A stretch of 64,000 nt of DNA from Malacoraja senta (GCA_038087875.1 JAXLNO010006092.1:124001-188000), one strand, 5' to 3'. Counted from the first letter of the stretch, positions 23,161-36,320 are shown. Numbers and translations are program-made. Notes: generated by a model not told the origin, from the sequence alone.

Positions 23161-23890
23161 ATGTGCCCCATTATTACCTCTTTAATAATTGACTCCAGCA
23201 CCTTTCCCACCAATGAAGTCAGGCTAACTGGTCTGTAATTCCCCACTTACTCTCTCGCTCCTTTCTTGAAAAGTGGGATGAAATTAGCTATCCTCCAATC
23301 CACAGGAACTGATCCTGAATCAATTGAACATTGGAAAATGATCACCAATGCATCCACTATTTCTAGAGCCACCTCCCTGAGGATCCTGGGATGCAGACCA
23401 TCAGGCCCAGGGGATTTATCATCCTTCAGTCCCATAAGCCTACCCAATACTATTTCTCGCCTAATGAAAATGTCTTTCAGTTCCTCTACCCCCTTAGATC
23501 CTCTGTCCTCCAATACTCCTGGGAGATTGTTTGTGTCTTCCTTAATGAAGACAGATCCGAAGTACCTATTCAACTCTTCTGCCATTTCCTTGTTACCCAT
23601 AATAATTTCACCCGTGTCTGCCTTCAAGGGACCCACATTTGTCTTTGCTATTCTTTTTCCCTTAACATATCTAAAGAAGCTTTTACTGTCCTTCTTTATA
23701 TTCCTGGCCAGCTTCCCTTCGTACTTCATCTTTTCAGCCCGTATTGCCCGTTTTGTTTCCTTCTGTTGTCCTATGAAAGTTTCCCAATCCTCTGTCTTCC
23801 GGCTACTCTTTGCTGTGTTATACATCTTTTCTTTTAGTTTTATTCTATCCCTAACTTCACTTGTCAGCCACGGTTGCCTCCCACTCCCCT
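23161..23890 (-). mobile_element. CR1 (subfamily 'B') ORF2 internal fragment
   Basis: KSPGPDGLHPRIL, VDWRIAN and NYRPVSLTS motifs; nearly the same as 58320-58990. Confidence 0.9.
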
Positions 23891-24419
23891 TAGTTGAGAA
23901 AAAAATCAGGAAGTAAAAACAGCCCACCGCTCAAAATAGACGAATCATTGTGGTTGAATTGCATAAAAGCTCTTAATGCAGCCTGCACCATTGCTCTGAA
24001 TTTTGCTTCAGGGCCTGAATGTGATATGGGGAAACGCAGAATCCCTCATTGTTCTTGGGATCTGTCAGATCTATTTAATCTTCTGAATGAGCTTGGAAAA
24101 CACAATAATTACACCTTGTGCCCTTCTAACCCCACATTTCCTTTAAATTTTAAAAATAAACTTTAGCAGAATAAAAACAATTTACAAAACTATTTTTGAA
24201 GAAAACGGTCCTGACCCAAAACATCACCTAGCCATGTTCTCCTGGGATGCTGCCTGACCTGCTGAGTTACTCCATTATTTTGTGTCTTTCCTCGGTAAAC
24301 CAGAATCTGCAGTCCCTTGTTTTATATAAATCTAAAACATAAAAACATCTTCAGACACTTTCAGTGTCTCTACATTCAATAGTGTCATAGTCGACAGCAT
24401 TAGCATTAATCTTTACAAT

Positions 24420-24745
24420 AAACACTCATGTGGCCCCCTGTGGTGATATCCCTTCCCTTGTATGAGGGGTGTTCCCACCAGACTCATCCCTCAATGTCCA
24501 GCAGGAGAAGGTCCCTAGACTGTGGTCCTCCCCCACAGAGTTTGTATGTTGGTTGCACCAAGCTTCTGTGCGTCCCTCAGCACGTGTTCCTGCAGTCTGG
24601 AGTGGGTCAGGTGGCAACATTCCCTGATGGACCACACTTTGACATATCGTTGCTTCATTCCTCAGCACATTAACAGTGTGTGGGAGATGGGACAATGTTC
24701 CTGTCCTTATATTCCAGCCTTTGACCCACAGTGAGCAGCACCAGA
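24420..24745 (-). mobile_element. Tx1-type L1-clade LINE 3' end
   Basis: Minus frame at about 24515-24612 reads LTHSRLQEHVLRDAQKLGATNIQTLWGRTTV*, resembling the C-terminus of fish Tx1 ORF2 (recognised from memory). Confidence 0.6.
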
Positions 24746-24746
24746 A

Positions 24747-25548
24747 CATAGAAACATAGAAGATAGGTGCAGGAGTAGGCCATTCGGCCCATCGAGCCTG
24801 CACCGCCATTCAATATGATCATGGCTGATCATCCAACTCAGTATCCTGTACCTGCCTTCTTTCCATACCCCCTGATCCCTTTAGCCACAAGGGCCACATC
24901 TAACTCCCTCTTAAATATAGCCAATGAACTGGCCTCAACTACCTTCTGTGGCAGAGAATTCCATAGATTCACCACTCTCTGTGTACATTTTTTTTTTCCT
25001 CATCTTAGTCTTAAAAGATTTCCCCCTTATCCTTAAACTGTGACCCCTTGTTCTGGACTTCCCCAACATCGGGAACAATCTTCCTGCATCTAGCCTGTCC
25101 AACCCCTTAAGAATTTTGTAAGTTTCTATAAGATTCCCGCCTCAATCTTCTAAATTCTAGCGAATACAAGCCGAGTCTATCCACTCTTTCTTCATATGAA
25201 AGTCCTGCCATCCCAGGAATCAGTCTGGTGAACCTTCTCTGCACTCCCTCTATGGCTATAATGTCCTTCCTCAGATTTGGAGACCAAAACTGTACGCAAT
25301 ACTCCAGGTGTGGTCTAACCAAGACCCTGTACAACTGCAGTAGAACCTCCCTGCTCCTATACTCAAATCCTTTTGCTATGAATGCTAACATACCATTCGC
25401 TTTCTTCACTGCCTGCTGCACCTGCATGCCTACTTTCAATGACTGGTGTACCATGACACCCAGGTCTCGTTGCATCACCCCTTTTCCTAATGGGCCACCA
25501 TTCAGATAATAGTCTACTTTCCTGTTTTTGCCACCAAAGTGGATAACA
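24747..25548 (-). mobile_element. CR1 (subfamily 'A') 3' fragment
   Basis: ORF 25107-25478, 3' UTR and (TTCTATGT)n tail. Confidence 0.92.
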
Positions 25549-26199
25549 GAAGTATTGCAATTGAAGTTTTATCTTTAGAAACAAGAGACACTTCCTCACT
25601 CTTACATTCAATGCCTTAGCATTGAAGGCAAGCATACCATACGCCTTCTTCACTACCCTAACTACTTGTGCTGCCACCTTCCGTGAGCTATCAACGTGGA
25701 CTCCAAATGCACTGAAGATATGTGTCTCAAACTGGCTCAGTCTAAAATTCTATGTTTTTTCCCACAGGGAATCCACAAAATGAGGCCCAGGTTTTTCTGC
25801 AGCAGTTTGCCAGCTGGTTTGATGTTCGGTGTCTTTGTTTTCCTGCTTCGACCTGTTTCCACACAGAGTAAGTGCTTTCTCTTCACTGGTCACAATCACG
25901 TTGCTTTACTTTATCATTGTCCGTGTAAACCCACACCCCATTGTCAATCTCACTTTCCTCTCCACGTCCCACAAATCCACCCCATCCTTGCTGGAGCTCC
26001 ATTTCTGAGCCTCTCCCATTAGTTCCCTCCCTCCCCTTCCCCTGCACCAACATGGTCCTGTTCAAAGTCAGAAATGGCCCCCGGTGAGTAGTGTGACATG
26101 GTTGTCCACACCATCCTCCCCAACATCTCCCCACCACAGTCCAGGTGGGTGGAACTGCCCTTGACTTATAGATCCAGTCGCAGGCCGAGAACTACCCAC

Positions 26200-26530
26200 A
26201 ATGTCTTCACTTCACGCTCCAGCACAGTTCCCTCGGGCACCCTCCGACAATCTACCATGGACCCCTCCTATTTCTCATCCTCAAGCTGCCCTTCGGTGAC
26301 ATCAGCTGAAGTTTCACCATTGCTTCCACAAGTTGACTGTGGACACCAGCTCGACCTCGCTAGCACCTCCCTCGACCCCTCCATAGTCTCCACATTCCCA
26401 GACTACACGTGGGACATCCAGGACTGGATGAGCAGAATTCCTCCCCAACTGAACACTTTGAATCCCAAAGCCGTTGTCTTCAGTCCCACCACAAACCCTT
26501 TCTCCAGCCAGCAATTCCATTCCATTCAAA
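26200..26530 (+). mobile_element. Degenerate L2-like RT fragment
   Basis: DYTWDIQDWMSRIPPQLNTLNPKAVVF resembles the L2 RT motif CLxDIxxWMxxNFLQLNxxKTE. Confidence 0.5.
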
Positions 26531-26559
26531 TCCCAGAATATTTGGGGGTCAGACTGGTG

Positions 26560-28655
26560 ATTCTGTGGCAGCAAACCAGACTCCAGGATGGTGTGTTGCC
26601 TCCCTGGTGCCAGGGTCCGGGATGTCTCCCAGCAGCTGTGGGACATTCTCAAGGACGAAGGTGAACAGCCAGAAGGCGGTGGGCACTTTGGCACAAATGG
26701 GATGGGTAGGAAAAGGGATGATGTCTGATAGTTTCCCTACCACTGACATGAGTCTCACTACATCAACAACTCTCCAACCCTTCCACAAACTCACCTGTGG
26801 CCAGAGAACACACACAGATCTTTATCAAGGCTCGCTGGGCTCATCATCTCCAGATTCCTCCCGGTGCCATGTGTTAGTGAAGGTAGGAACAGGAAGAAAG
26901 GACAGATGAATGTATGACTCAGGACTTGGTGCAGGGGGCAGAGATTCAGATTCAGATCTTTCGGCCATTGGCATCTCTTCTGGGGCAGACGTCACCTCTA
27001 CAAGAGGGATAGTTTGTATCTGAAATGGAGGGGACCAATATGTTTGCAGGGAGGTGCACTAGTGTTACCAAGAGGGCTAAACTGGAGAGGCAGGGGGGTG
27101 ATGGGAAGGTGGAGATGAAGATAAGTAAGTCTCAAAGGAAGGACAGACAGAGGGAGGTGGGGTTATATAGTGAAACTGATGGGTGGAGGTATGTTCATTC
27201 CAATGCAAGGAGTATTGTGGGCAAAGTAGATGAACTTAGAGCCCAGATCGCTGTTGGGGACTATGATGTTGTGGTCATTGTGGAAATATGGTTGTGACAG
27301 GGACATGACTAGCAGCTCAATGTTCCATGTTTCTATGGGAAAAAGATGGGGGAATTGCTCTATTAATCAAGGAAACTATCTTGTTGGCACTCAGAGTGGA
27401 GACTCTGGATGGTTTGTCCATTGAGGTGATATGGGTAGAGCCATGTGAAAATAAGAAAGGTGCAAGCAATTCAACGGAATTGTATGAGACGTCCCCCAAG
27501 AGTGAGCGGGAAATAGAGGAACAGATGTGGACACAGATTACTGAAAGTTTACACAAATGGATGTCTTGGGGGGTGACTAATGGTATATCCAATAGGATGT
27601 TTTGTAACAGTTGTGAATAGTGCAACGTGAGAAAGGAATCCAAAATGGACCTTGTGTTGGGAAATGAGTCTGGCCAAGTGACTGATGTTTTAGTGAAAGA
27701 GTATTTTGGAGACAGTGAATACAACTCCATAAGCTTTAAGATTGGTTTCAATACGGATACGTCTGTTCTGTGCGACAAGACATTAATTTGAGTAAGGCAA
27801 ATGACACCATTATTAGGCAGGAGCTTGGTAAGGTAGACTCAGAGCAGTTGTTATTAAGTTACTCCAAGTCTGAGATTGACAATTGTCTGAAGGTCAGTTG
27901 ATCCAAACTCAAGACCGGCAAGTTCCAGTAAGGAGGAGAGATAAGGCTGGCAAAATAAGGGAACCTGAGATGACCAAATAAATTTGTAAATTTGGTCAAA
28001 AATAGAAAGGAAACACATGCAAGGTTCAAGAATATGATAGCAGAGAGGGCCATTGAGGAATATAAAGCAAGGACGAAAGAACTCAAGCGGGCGATTAGAA
28101 GGGAGAAAATAGGCCACAAAATGGCTGTGGCAATTTGGAGTAAAGAAAGTTCCAAGGCTTCTTATACTTACATTACAATCAAGATGGTAGACAAGGAGAA
28201 GGTAAACAAGGATAAATGAAGGAAACTGAGTATTGTGCGCAGTTTTGGTCCCCTAATATGAGGAAGGACATTCTTGCTATTGAGGGAGTGCAGCGTAGGT
28301 TTACAAGGTTAATTCCCGGGATGACGGGACTGTCATATGCTGAGAGAATGGAGCGGCTGGTCTTGTATACTCTGGAATTTAGAAGGATGAGAGGGTATCT
28401 TATTGAAACATATAAGATTATTAAGGGTTTGGACACACTAGAGGCAGGACATTTGTTCCTGATGTTGGGAGAGTCCAGAACCAGGGACCACAGTTTAAGA
28501 ATAAGGGGCAAGCCATTTGGAACGGAGATGAGGAAAAACTTTTTCACACAGGGTTGTGAGTGTGGAATTCTCTGCCTCAGAGCGTTGTGGAGGTCGGTTC
28601 GCTGGATGCTTTCAAGAGAGAGCTAGATAGGGCTCTTGAAGATAGTAGAGTCAGG
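26560..28655 (+). mobile_element. Old degenerate CR1 (ORF1 esterase/APE remnants) followed by a younger CR1 3' fragment (about 28217-28655)
   Basis: NARSIVGKVDELRAQIAVGDYDVV (APE start) at about 27195-27290. YCAQFWSPNMRKDILAIEG at 28216-28626. Confidence 0.75.
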
Positions 28656-29072
28656 GCAGGGCCGACCTTAAGCCGATTGGACCGATTTCTCCCAATTGGG
28701 GCCCGCGCCTAAGGGGAGCCCCGCGTTAATTTTCCGTATTTCGTACGGAAATACATATTCGCTTTGTTAAATAAAGATTTTTTTTTAACATTCGCCATAC
28801 GGATTTTTTTACAAAACGAACATGGATAACAACCGCTGCACGGCCGTCAGACACAAACGATTTGTGAACTATTATTGTAGCACTTGTTAACAGCCAGTAG
28901 TTAGCAAGTAGTTATACAATGTGTCATCAATGCATGGACCTACTGACCCACATTGTGTCTCTCTGTCTTTCGCTCTCTCCCTCCCTCTCTCTCTCGCGCG
29001 CTCTCTCTCCCCCGCTCCCCATCTCGTCTCTCTCCAGCTCTCTCGGCATTCCCGGAATCATTGACGTTTTGT

Positions 29073-29282
29073 GGTAGACAAAAATGCTGGATAAAGTCAG
29101 CGGGTGAGGCAGCATCTATGGAGCAAAGGAAATAGGCATCGTTTCGGGTCGAAACCCTTCTTCAGACCTGGTCCGAAACGTTGGCTATTTCCTTCGCTAC
29201 ATAGTTGCTGCCTCACCCGCTGAGTTTCTCCAGCATTTTTGTCTACCTTCGATTTTCCAGCATCCGCAGTTCCTTCTTAGAC
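29073..29282. repeat. Hairpin made of two inverted Penelope-type termini
   Basis: GGTAGACAAAAATGCTGG..GGTGAGGCAGC (29073 onward) is inverted as GCTGCCTCACCCGCTGAG..CCAGCATTTTTGTCTACC (ending 29247). The same architecture occurs at 61907-62105. Confidence 0.75.
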
Positions 29283-29804
29283 GTTTTGCAGTGACGGCTG
29301 CATCTGCGGTTCCTTTCTGTTGGGGGGGGGGGAGAGTCCTGGCCCGTGGTGGCTCCTGATCAGTGATCTGTTCCCTCCGCGGGTGTTGCCTTGCCCGCTG
29401 AGTTCCTCCAGCACTCTGTGTTTTTTGTTTGGCTCTGAAGTTGAAGGTGGACCCCCCTGTGTCTACCTTCAACTCCCTGTCTGTGGTGGCTCAGCGGGAC
29501 GGGCAGGGGCTCTGGGGAGAGGGTTGCGTTTCTGGTCGAGACCCTTCTTTAGACAATCACAAGTACTCTCACCGACAAGAGTTCAGTTCAGTCTGAAGAA
29601 GGGTCTTCTCTCCAGAGTCGCTGCGCTGCCTGTCCTGCTGAGGTACTCCAGCTTTTGTCTATCTTCAATATCAGTGTTAGATACAATTTCTCATGGGGGG
29701 CTTATAGCGACTACCCCCTCCCCCCCCCCTTCCTGCCCAACCTCAGCCTCACGGACCTTAGCGTATCCCCAGTCCTAAAACCCATTTCCATCACTGATTG
29801 CAAT

Positions 29805-30780
29805 ATATATGTAACACCACATTGCAGGTTCTACAGAGATTTTGATTATATTGAGTGGATGTTTCTAGATTAGTTTATGGGAATTAAACATTAAATTCCT
29901 TCCATCTGGCATATAAATTCATGACAATGAGATTTAAAAATCATGTTATATTGTGAATTCCTGTGTGAATGGGATTAGTTGGGTATTTGGATACTTAGGC
30001 TATTTGTTTTAAATTATCCTTTTCTTAAGAAAGGGAATCTACAGGAGATTCTTAAAGGGAAAGTAGTGGGCAGAAAGGCATGTCATGCGTGGTTTAAAGA
30101 GCAAAAACTTGTAGTTTACAATGCCAAAATGGAAAAGTTGAGGAAAAACAAGGTGTACAGAGTTGCTTTTTGGTTACAATCTGAGGAGTATGATGATGCT
30201 ACTGATTATGATATGCCAATGTACCAGCTAGCAACTGATCTTCTCCATAAAGACCTAGTCTATTGCTAGAAATTGTAATGTATTTACCTATCTGTTACAG
30301 ACTTACAGCATATAATACAATAATATTAAAGTTCTGATCTTGAGAATATCACATTTTTGAATTTTCAAGGCAGTCTGGGTGTTTATTACTATTTCCGTCA
30401 CAACGGTCAATTTTGTAATTAGCTACAATTAGGTAATTAACTAATTATATGCTTTAATTTCAGGTCATCCAAGTAAGATGTTTTATATTTGTTTCAGAAT
30501 GCTTCAATCTATAATAACTGAAAATTTCATTCAGTTCTCTTAATTTTTAAGAAAGTTATGGGCTTTTGACTGTCCTCGGTCACAGCTTTTGTGTTAAGTC
30601 AATGGAAAAGCAATAGGGAACAAGATACTAATTTCCGAGTATGAAAATGGCCATAACTTTATTAATACTGAAGATATGAAAGTGAATTAGGTGTCAAATT
30701 AAACTTTTTATGCTTTATCTGATGGGATAAATTGCAGACTTGATTTTTAATATCTCAAAATTTTGTAACATTGCTAGAAA
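29805..30780. repeat. AT-rich unclassified interspersed repeat, possibly a non-autonomous DNA element
   Basis: Sharp compositional change and no credible ORF. I recall similar sequence as a skate repeat but cannot confirm this; no TIR identified. Confidence 0.35.
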
Positions 30781-32279
30781 ATGTACCTGCATCTTGGAGG
30801 CTGAAGGTTAGGTTGTTAGCCAAGAAAGATAGACTTTGTTGTCCCTCAGTACAGCAACATCAAGAACGATGTTGGTGGTCCTTCGTTATTTGTGGGGCCT
30901 ACTCCGAGCAATTACATCATTTACTAAACACCTCAGTGGTGAAATAAGGATGGTCACATATTCATGGGTTAAAAATGGAAGCCTAAGCACTAAGGCCCAT
31001 CTCCAAAAACAAAGATTTATAAGCAAAATTTCTGGAAGGAATCACAAAGTGCAGCTCATCATCAGCTCAGGAGTTAGTGTCGTCCTCATTGTGACAAGAA
31101 ATCTAATCAGGCTCCTTCCTTAATCCAGGTTAACAACTCATTTCCCCCATATTGTGTGAATTCTGCAGAGAAATACAATTCGTTTTTATTGCTGGTCACC
31201 CTCTGTTTTGATATTTTTCCCCAGTCCCTGAATCTTTATCTTCGTAATTCATCTCATCTCCCCCTCCAACTCACACTGTCCGTCACTCTCACATTCTAAA
31301 CACTGGGATCATCACCTGTCTTATCTGGTGCAAATGTCTCTGTTGGGGCACTTGCTGAGTTTCACAGCAGAAGTGTAAACAGGGCCTAACACAGATCCTT
31401 CATCTTTTACGCTGATGTTATCTTCAGAAACAACATCTCTATTTACCCTTTACATTTAAAAGTAATTCCGTATAATTCTATTTGTGTAATTTTTTATTAC
31501 TATGAGAACAGAACATGGGGCATGTGTGCTGATGATGCATTTATTATAAGGATAGTAACTAACTATTGCATTGTTGGTGTCTTGACCAAAAAGCATAATT
31601 TTTTAAATTATTGTTGCTACTTCCCTCTGATTAAAAAATAAAATAGTGGTGTTTCTATTGTTCCTAATGTCTATTGTCTATTGTGGTGTTTCTCTCTACT
31701 AAATTACTGCTCTTTATTGTTTTCTACATATTACATTTCCTGTTTGCTACTTGTTGGATGAAAATATTTCAATCTCCAACCTGGTTTGGTGTTTCCAGGT
31801 TCCAAAACAGTGTATGCATATTTTAAAATAATTTATGCGATAAGACAATGTCTTTTTGAATTTATGTAAGTGAAATCATGGCAAACAAATCTATTGGAGA
31901 TGATGGTGATGTACCATGTAGAATAGATAAGGGAGAAGATGTGGAGACCCAAGAGTTTGCAGATTCTGGAAACACGAGCAAAGAGCAAACTGCTGGAGGG
32001 AATTTGTGGATCAGGAATCATCTGTGGAAGTAAATGGACAGATGACCATTGGCAACTGAAGCAGGGTCACGATACAGGGTCATCTGCACATTTTCCTCGA
32101 CAGATGCTGCCTGACCCACTGAGTCCCTCCAGCAGATTGTTTTTGTTTGTTTCAGGGAGAACAAGAGGATGTGTCGAATTTTCAGAAGGTCTTTGAATTT
32201 TTCAATATGTGGATTAGGCAATATTAAACAGGCATGAATTGAAAATAATTTGGCAGACAGGAAACAGAGAGAAGACTTC

Positions 32280-33130
32280 GTTAGGGTGGCAGTTGGTGAT
32301 GAATGATCCAGAATCAATCCAGTTCTTGAGTCCATTATTTTCAATGTTCATCAATGGTATTGACAAGGAAACAAATTTAATGTTTCTAAGTTTGATGACA
32401 TGAAACTGAGAGTAACTAGGAGAAGCAAAGAGGATGCAAAGAGGTTTCCAGGTGATGTCAGTCAGTTGAGTTACTTGCCAAATATACACAGATGCAGCAG
32501 AGAGTCATAGAGCTGTAGAGCATGGAAATAGACACATCGACCCAACGCACACATGCTGACCAAGATGTCCAACTGACCCCATCACAATTGGCTGTGCCTG
32601 GCCCATGTCTCTCCAAACATGTCTTTGTGCTCTCCTTATCGGAGAAAGGGTTTTTCAGCCACAGATGTAATGCAGCCAAGGCTGACCAGACTGATTCCTA
32701 GAATGGCAGGAATAATGTGTAAGGAGAGGAGGAGCTGACTGAGCCAGTAGCCACTGGAGTTTGGAAGACTTAAACATGACCTCTCTAAATTAAACAAAAT
32801 TCAAAGCAGAGCTAGATAGACTCGATACATAAAGATATTTCCAGTGACTGTAGGTTCTGGAACAAGGGGTTTTGGACTCAAGATAAGGTGTGAAACATTT
32901 AGGGCTGAGACATTTCTTCATTGTGAATATGGTGAGCCATTGAAATTCACACCACAGAAAATGGTAGATGGCAGGTCACTGAATCCTGTTAAATAGGGGA
33001 TAGATTTATTCCACATAAAATGCATCAAAATTTATCGGGAGAGAATTGGAATATGAGATTGTTTGGAATGATTAAACAGGCTCAAAGTGACAAATAATCC
33101 ACCCCTAATTCTCTTTTGCATGTTTCAATA
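32280..33130 (+). mobile_element. Ancient degraded CR1 RT/3' remnant with nested minus-strand SINE/LINE tail
   Basis: Decayed [22 protein letters not shown]-like segments; paralogous to 16980-17404 plus 21655-22157. Confidence 0.65.
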
Positions 33131-34554
33131 GGTTTTGGGATGGTTTGATGTTTTCTTTGTCCTTCACACTTTTGATGTTTATTTAGACATTGTGATATTT
33201 AGTCGAGATAAAAAACAGGAAGCAAATCATTGTGGTTAAAAAAACAAATCATTGTGGTTAAATTGCAAGACAGCTCTTCCTGCAGCCTTGACCATTGCTC
33301 TGAATTTTGCATCAGGTCCTAAATCATTCAGAGCAATGGTCAATGCTGCATGAAGAGCTATATTGCTGTTTAACCACAATGATTTGTCTATTCTAAGCTC
33401 TGGGCTGTTTCGATTCCTATTTTTTATCTCAACTAAATTTCGAGTGTTTAGTAAATGACGTGTTTAGTAAATGACGTGTTTAGTAAATGATGTAAATTAT
33501 AGGAGTAGGCCCCACAAATAACGAAGGATTAGCAATGTATTTCCAAGTTATGATGGTGACTAACTGGGTCAATTTGTGCCACTCCACTAACTTGACCAAG
33601 CAATTCTGGGTATGGATTGTGCTTGCATATTGTGGATATATTTTCTAGCACCGATGCAGTCATCAATGTAATGGGGATAGAGTTCGGGGATAGGGCCAGT
33701 GTACACCTGGAACACAATGTATCTCTCGTGTCTATATCTCTAGGCTGTGAAGATCTTGGTGCAACTCTGTGAGGTTGGGCTTGGAGAACACCAAATGACA
33801 TGGGGAAAAACTTGTGATTGTGAAAATGTTTGCTGGAGGTTCTACCTTGAGTGAAATTCAGAACTGAGGAGAAAATTGCTCTCAATATTGGACTTACTTT
33901 GAAAAATTGTAGTAGCTTGATTATCATATGCAGCTCATTGGTGATCTCCTAAGTCCAACCTCCACCATGATCTGATGCAATTGAATATTGGTTTGAACTA
34001 TCGGACCAACTACAGCATGAACAGGCAAGAATATTGACCGTTCCATTTATGACAAAACAACAGATTCTGTCATTTGCCATTGTCATAGACATTTCAAACA
34101 TCACACAGTCATCTGCTTGAATATGTGTAACTGGAAAGTATTCTAACTTCAGTTGTGAATAGCATTCATTATACTTGTCTTTCTCCAGGCTGGTTAGCAT
34201 TCTGCAAAAGCTTTTCACTTTACCTCAGAAACGTGACACTGAACTAAACTGAATTGAACTGGAAGGGACGTGATTTATTCCCAGAGGTTGTGAAGGTCGG
34301 TGCAAACTGTGCGGTTTGATTTGGAGAAAACTGAAAGTTGCAGAAGAAATTGGATGATCATGAGGATGGTGACTGGTGGGTTTATCTTGTGTGAAACTCA
34401 GGAGATAATTACACTCAACATTGGAATAACTGAGTAAATACAGCATTTTTATTATTACATCTACTCGATATTAAATTAAATGTATTATTTCTATAACTTT
34501 CAATAGATTTTAAGGAATTTTTTAGACTGATTTAAATTGCTGCAGACACAACAA

Positions 34555-36092
34555 GAGCTGCAAGCAGAAATAGTGGATGCATTAGTGATCATTTTTCAAA
34601 ACGCTTTAGATTCTGGAGTAGTTCCTGAGGATTGGAGGGTAGCTAATGTAACCCCACTTTTTAAAAAGGGAGGGAGAGAGAAAACGGGGAATTGCAGACC
34701 AGTTAGTGTAACATCAGTAGTGGGGAAACTGCTAGAGTCAGTTATTAAAGATGGGATAGCAGCACATTTGGAAAGTGGTGAAATTATTGGACAATATCAG
34801 CGTGGATTTACGAAAGGTAAATCATGTCTGACGAATCTTATAGAATTTTTCGAGGATGTAACTAGTAGAGTGGATAAGGGAGAACCAGTGGATGTGTTAT
34901 ATCTGGACTTTCAGAAGGCTTTCGACAAGGTCCCTCATAAGAGATTAGTATACAAACTTAAAGCACACGGTATTCGGGGTTCAGTATTGATGTGGATGGA
35001 GAACTAGCTGGCAAACAGGAAGCAAAGAGTAGCAGTAAACGGGTCCTTTTCACAATGGCAGGCAGTGACTAGTGGGGTACCGCAAGGCTCACTGCTGGGA
35101 CCCCAGCTATTTACAATATATATTATTGATTTGGATGAGGGAATTGAATGCAACATCTCCAAGTTTGCGGATGACACGAAGCTGGGGGCAGTGTTAGCTG
35201 TGAGGAGGATGCTAGGAGGCTGAAAGGTGACTTGGATAGGCTGGGTGAGTGGGCAAATGCATGGCAGATGCAGTATAATGTGGATAAATGTGAGGTTATC
35301 CACTTTGGTGGCAAAAACAGGAAAGTAGACTATTATCTGGATGGTGGCCAATTAGGAAAAGGGGAGATGCAGCGAGACCTGGGTGTCATGGTACACCAGT
35401 CATTGAAAGTAGGCATGCAGGTGCAGCAGGCAGTGAAGAAAGCGAATGGTACGTTAGCTTTCATAGCAAAAGGATTTGAGTATAGGAGCAGGGAGGTTCT
35501 ACTGCAGTTGTACAGGGTCTTGGTGAGACCACACCTGGAGTATTGCATACAGTTTTGGTCTCCAAATCTGAGGAAAGACATTCTTGCCATAGAGGGAGTA
35601 CAGAGAAGGTTCACCAGACTGATTCCTGGGATGTCAGGACTTTCATATGAAGAAAGACTGGATAGACTCGGCTTGTACTCGCTAGAATTTAGAAGATTGA
35701 GGGGGGATCTTACTGAAACGTACAAAATTCTTAAGGGGTTGGACAGGCTAGATGCAGGTAGATTGTTCCCGATGTTGGGGAAGTCCAGGACAAGGGGTCA
35801 CAGTTTAAGGATAAGGGGAAAGTCTTTTAGGACCGAGATGAGAAAAACATTTTTCACACAGAGAGTTGTGAATCTGTGGAATTCTCTGCCACAGAAGGTA
35901 GTTGAGGCCAGTTCATTGGCTATATTTAAGAGGGAGTTAGATGTGGCCCTTGTGGCTAAAGGGATCAGGGGGTATGGAGAGAAGGCAGGTACAGGATACT
36001 GAGTTGGATGATCAGCCATGATCACATTGAATGGCGGTGCAGGCTCGAAGTGCCGAATGGCCTACTCCTGCACATATTTTCTATGTTTCTAA
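34555..36092 (+). mobile_element. CR1 (subfamily 'A') RT to 3' end
   Basis: ORFs 34537-35007 and 35232-36002 with CR1 RT motifs, 3' UTR and TTCTATGT tail. Confidence 0.93.
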
Positions 36093-36320
36093 ATATTTTC
36101 AAGATGTAGCGTCTCGGACATGTTTATGATGATTACGTAAAATAATTGACATCTGCTGCTATGTATGCTTCCATATAACTTTATATAACTTATATAACTC
36201 AATATAAGCAAGACGGCACTTAGGAAGCGGCAGTAAGGCAGCGGCCTTGTGAGGGAAGTGCCCTGTGAGAAAAGTGAGAGTCTTTCGCTCGAGAGTCTTT
36301 GGCTAGGAGGCTGAGGAGAG

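Noticed and set aside
22344-23246. 300-aa ORF that looks like a novel CR1/Rex1 hybrid reverse transcriptase
   Set aside because: Chance in-frame junction at about 23160 between a CR1-B fragment (..KEVIMGHI) and a 5'-truncated Rex1 fragment (SDPQTL..). It lacks RT motifs between them and has no promoter evidence.
23266-23916. Long antisense ORFs over CR1 RT (also 46678-47214 and 57725-58135)
   Set aside because: Recurrent shadow frames of the same LINE coding sequence, with no independent evidence.
33645-33706. Part of the 132-aa ORF 33529-33927 as a host gene
   Set aside because: Another frame reads YTGPIPELYPHYIDDCIGA, a short Penelope-like RT remnant; the long ORF has no recognisable features.
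33898-34130. Possible decayed MHC-like exon (acceptor TACTTTCCAG, donor AAA|GTAAGT, faint EMSM..D.I..F and CFVINGT resemblance)
   Set aside because: 233 nt with incompatible phases, an internal stop, and similarity too weak to distinguish from chance without a profile search.
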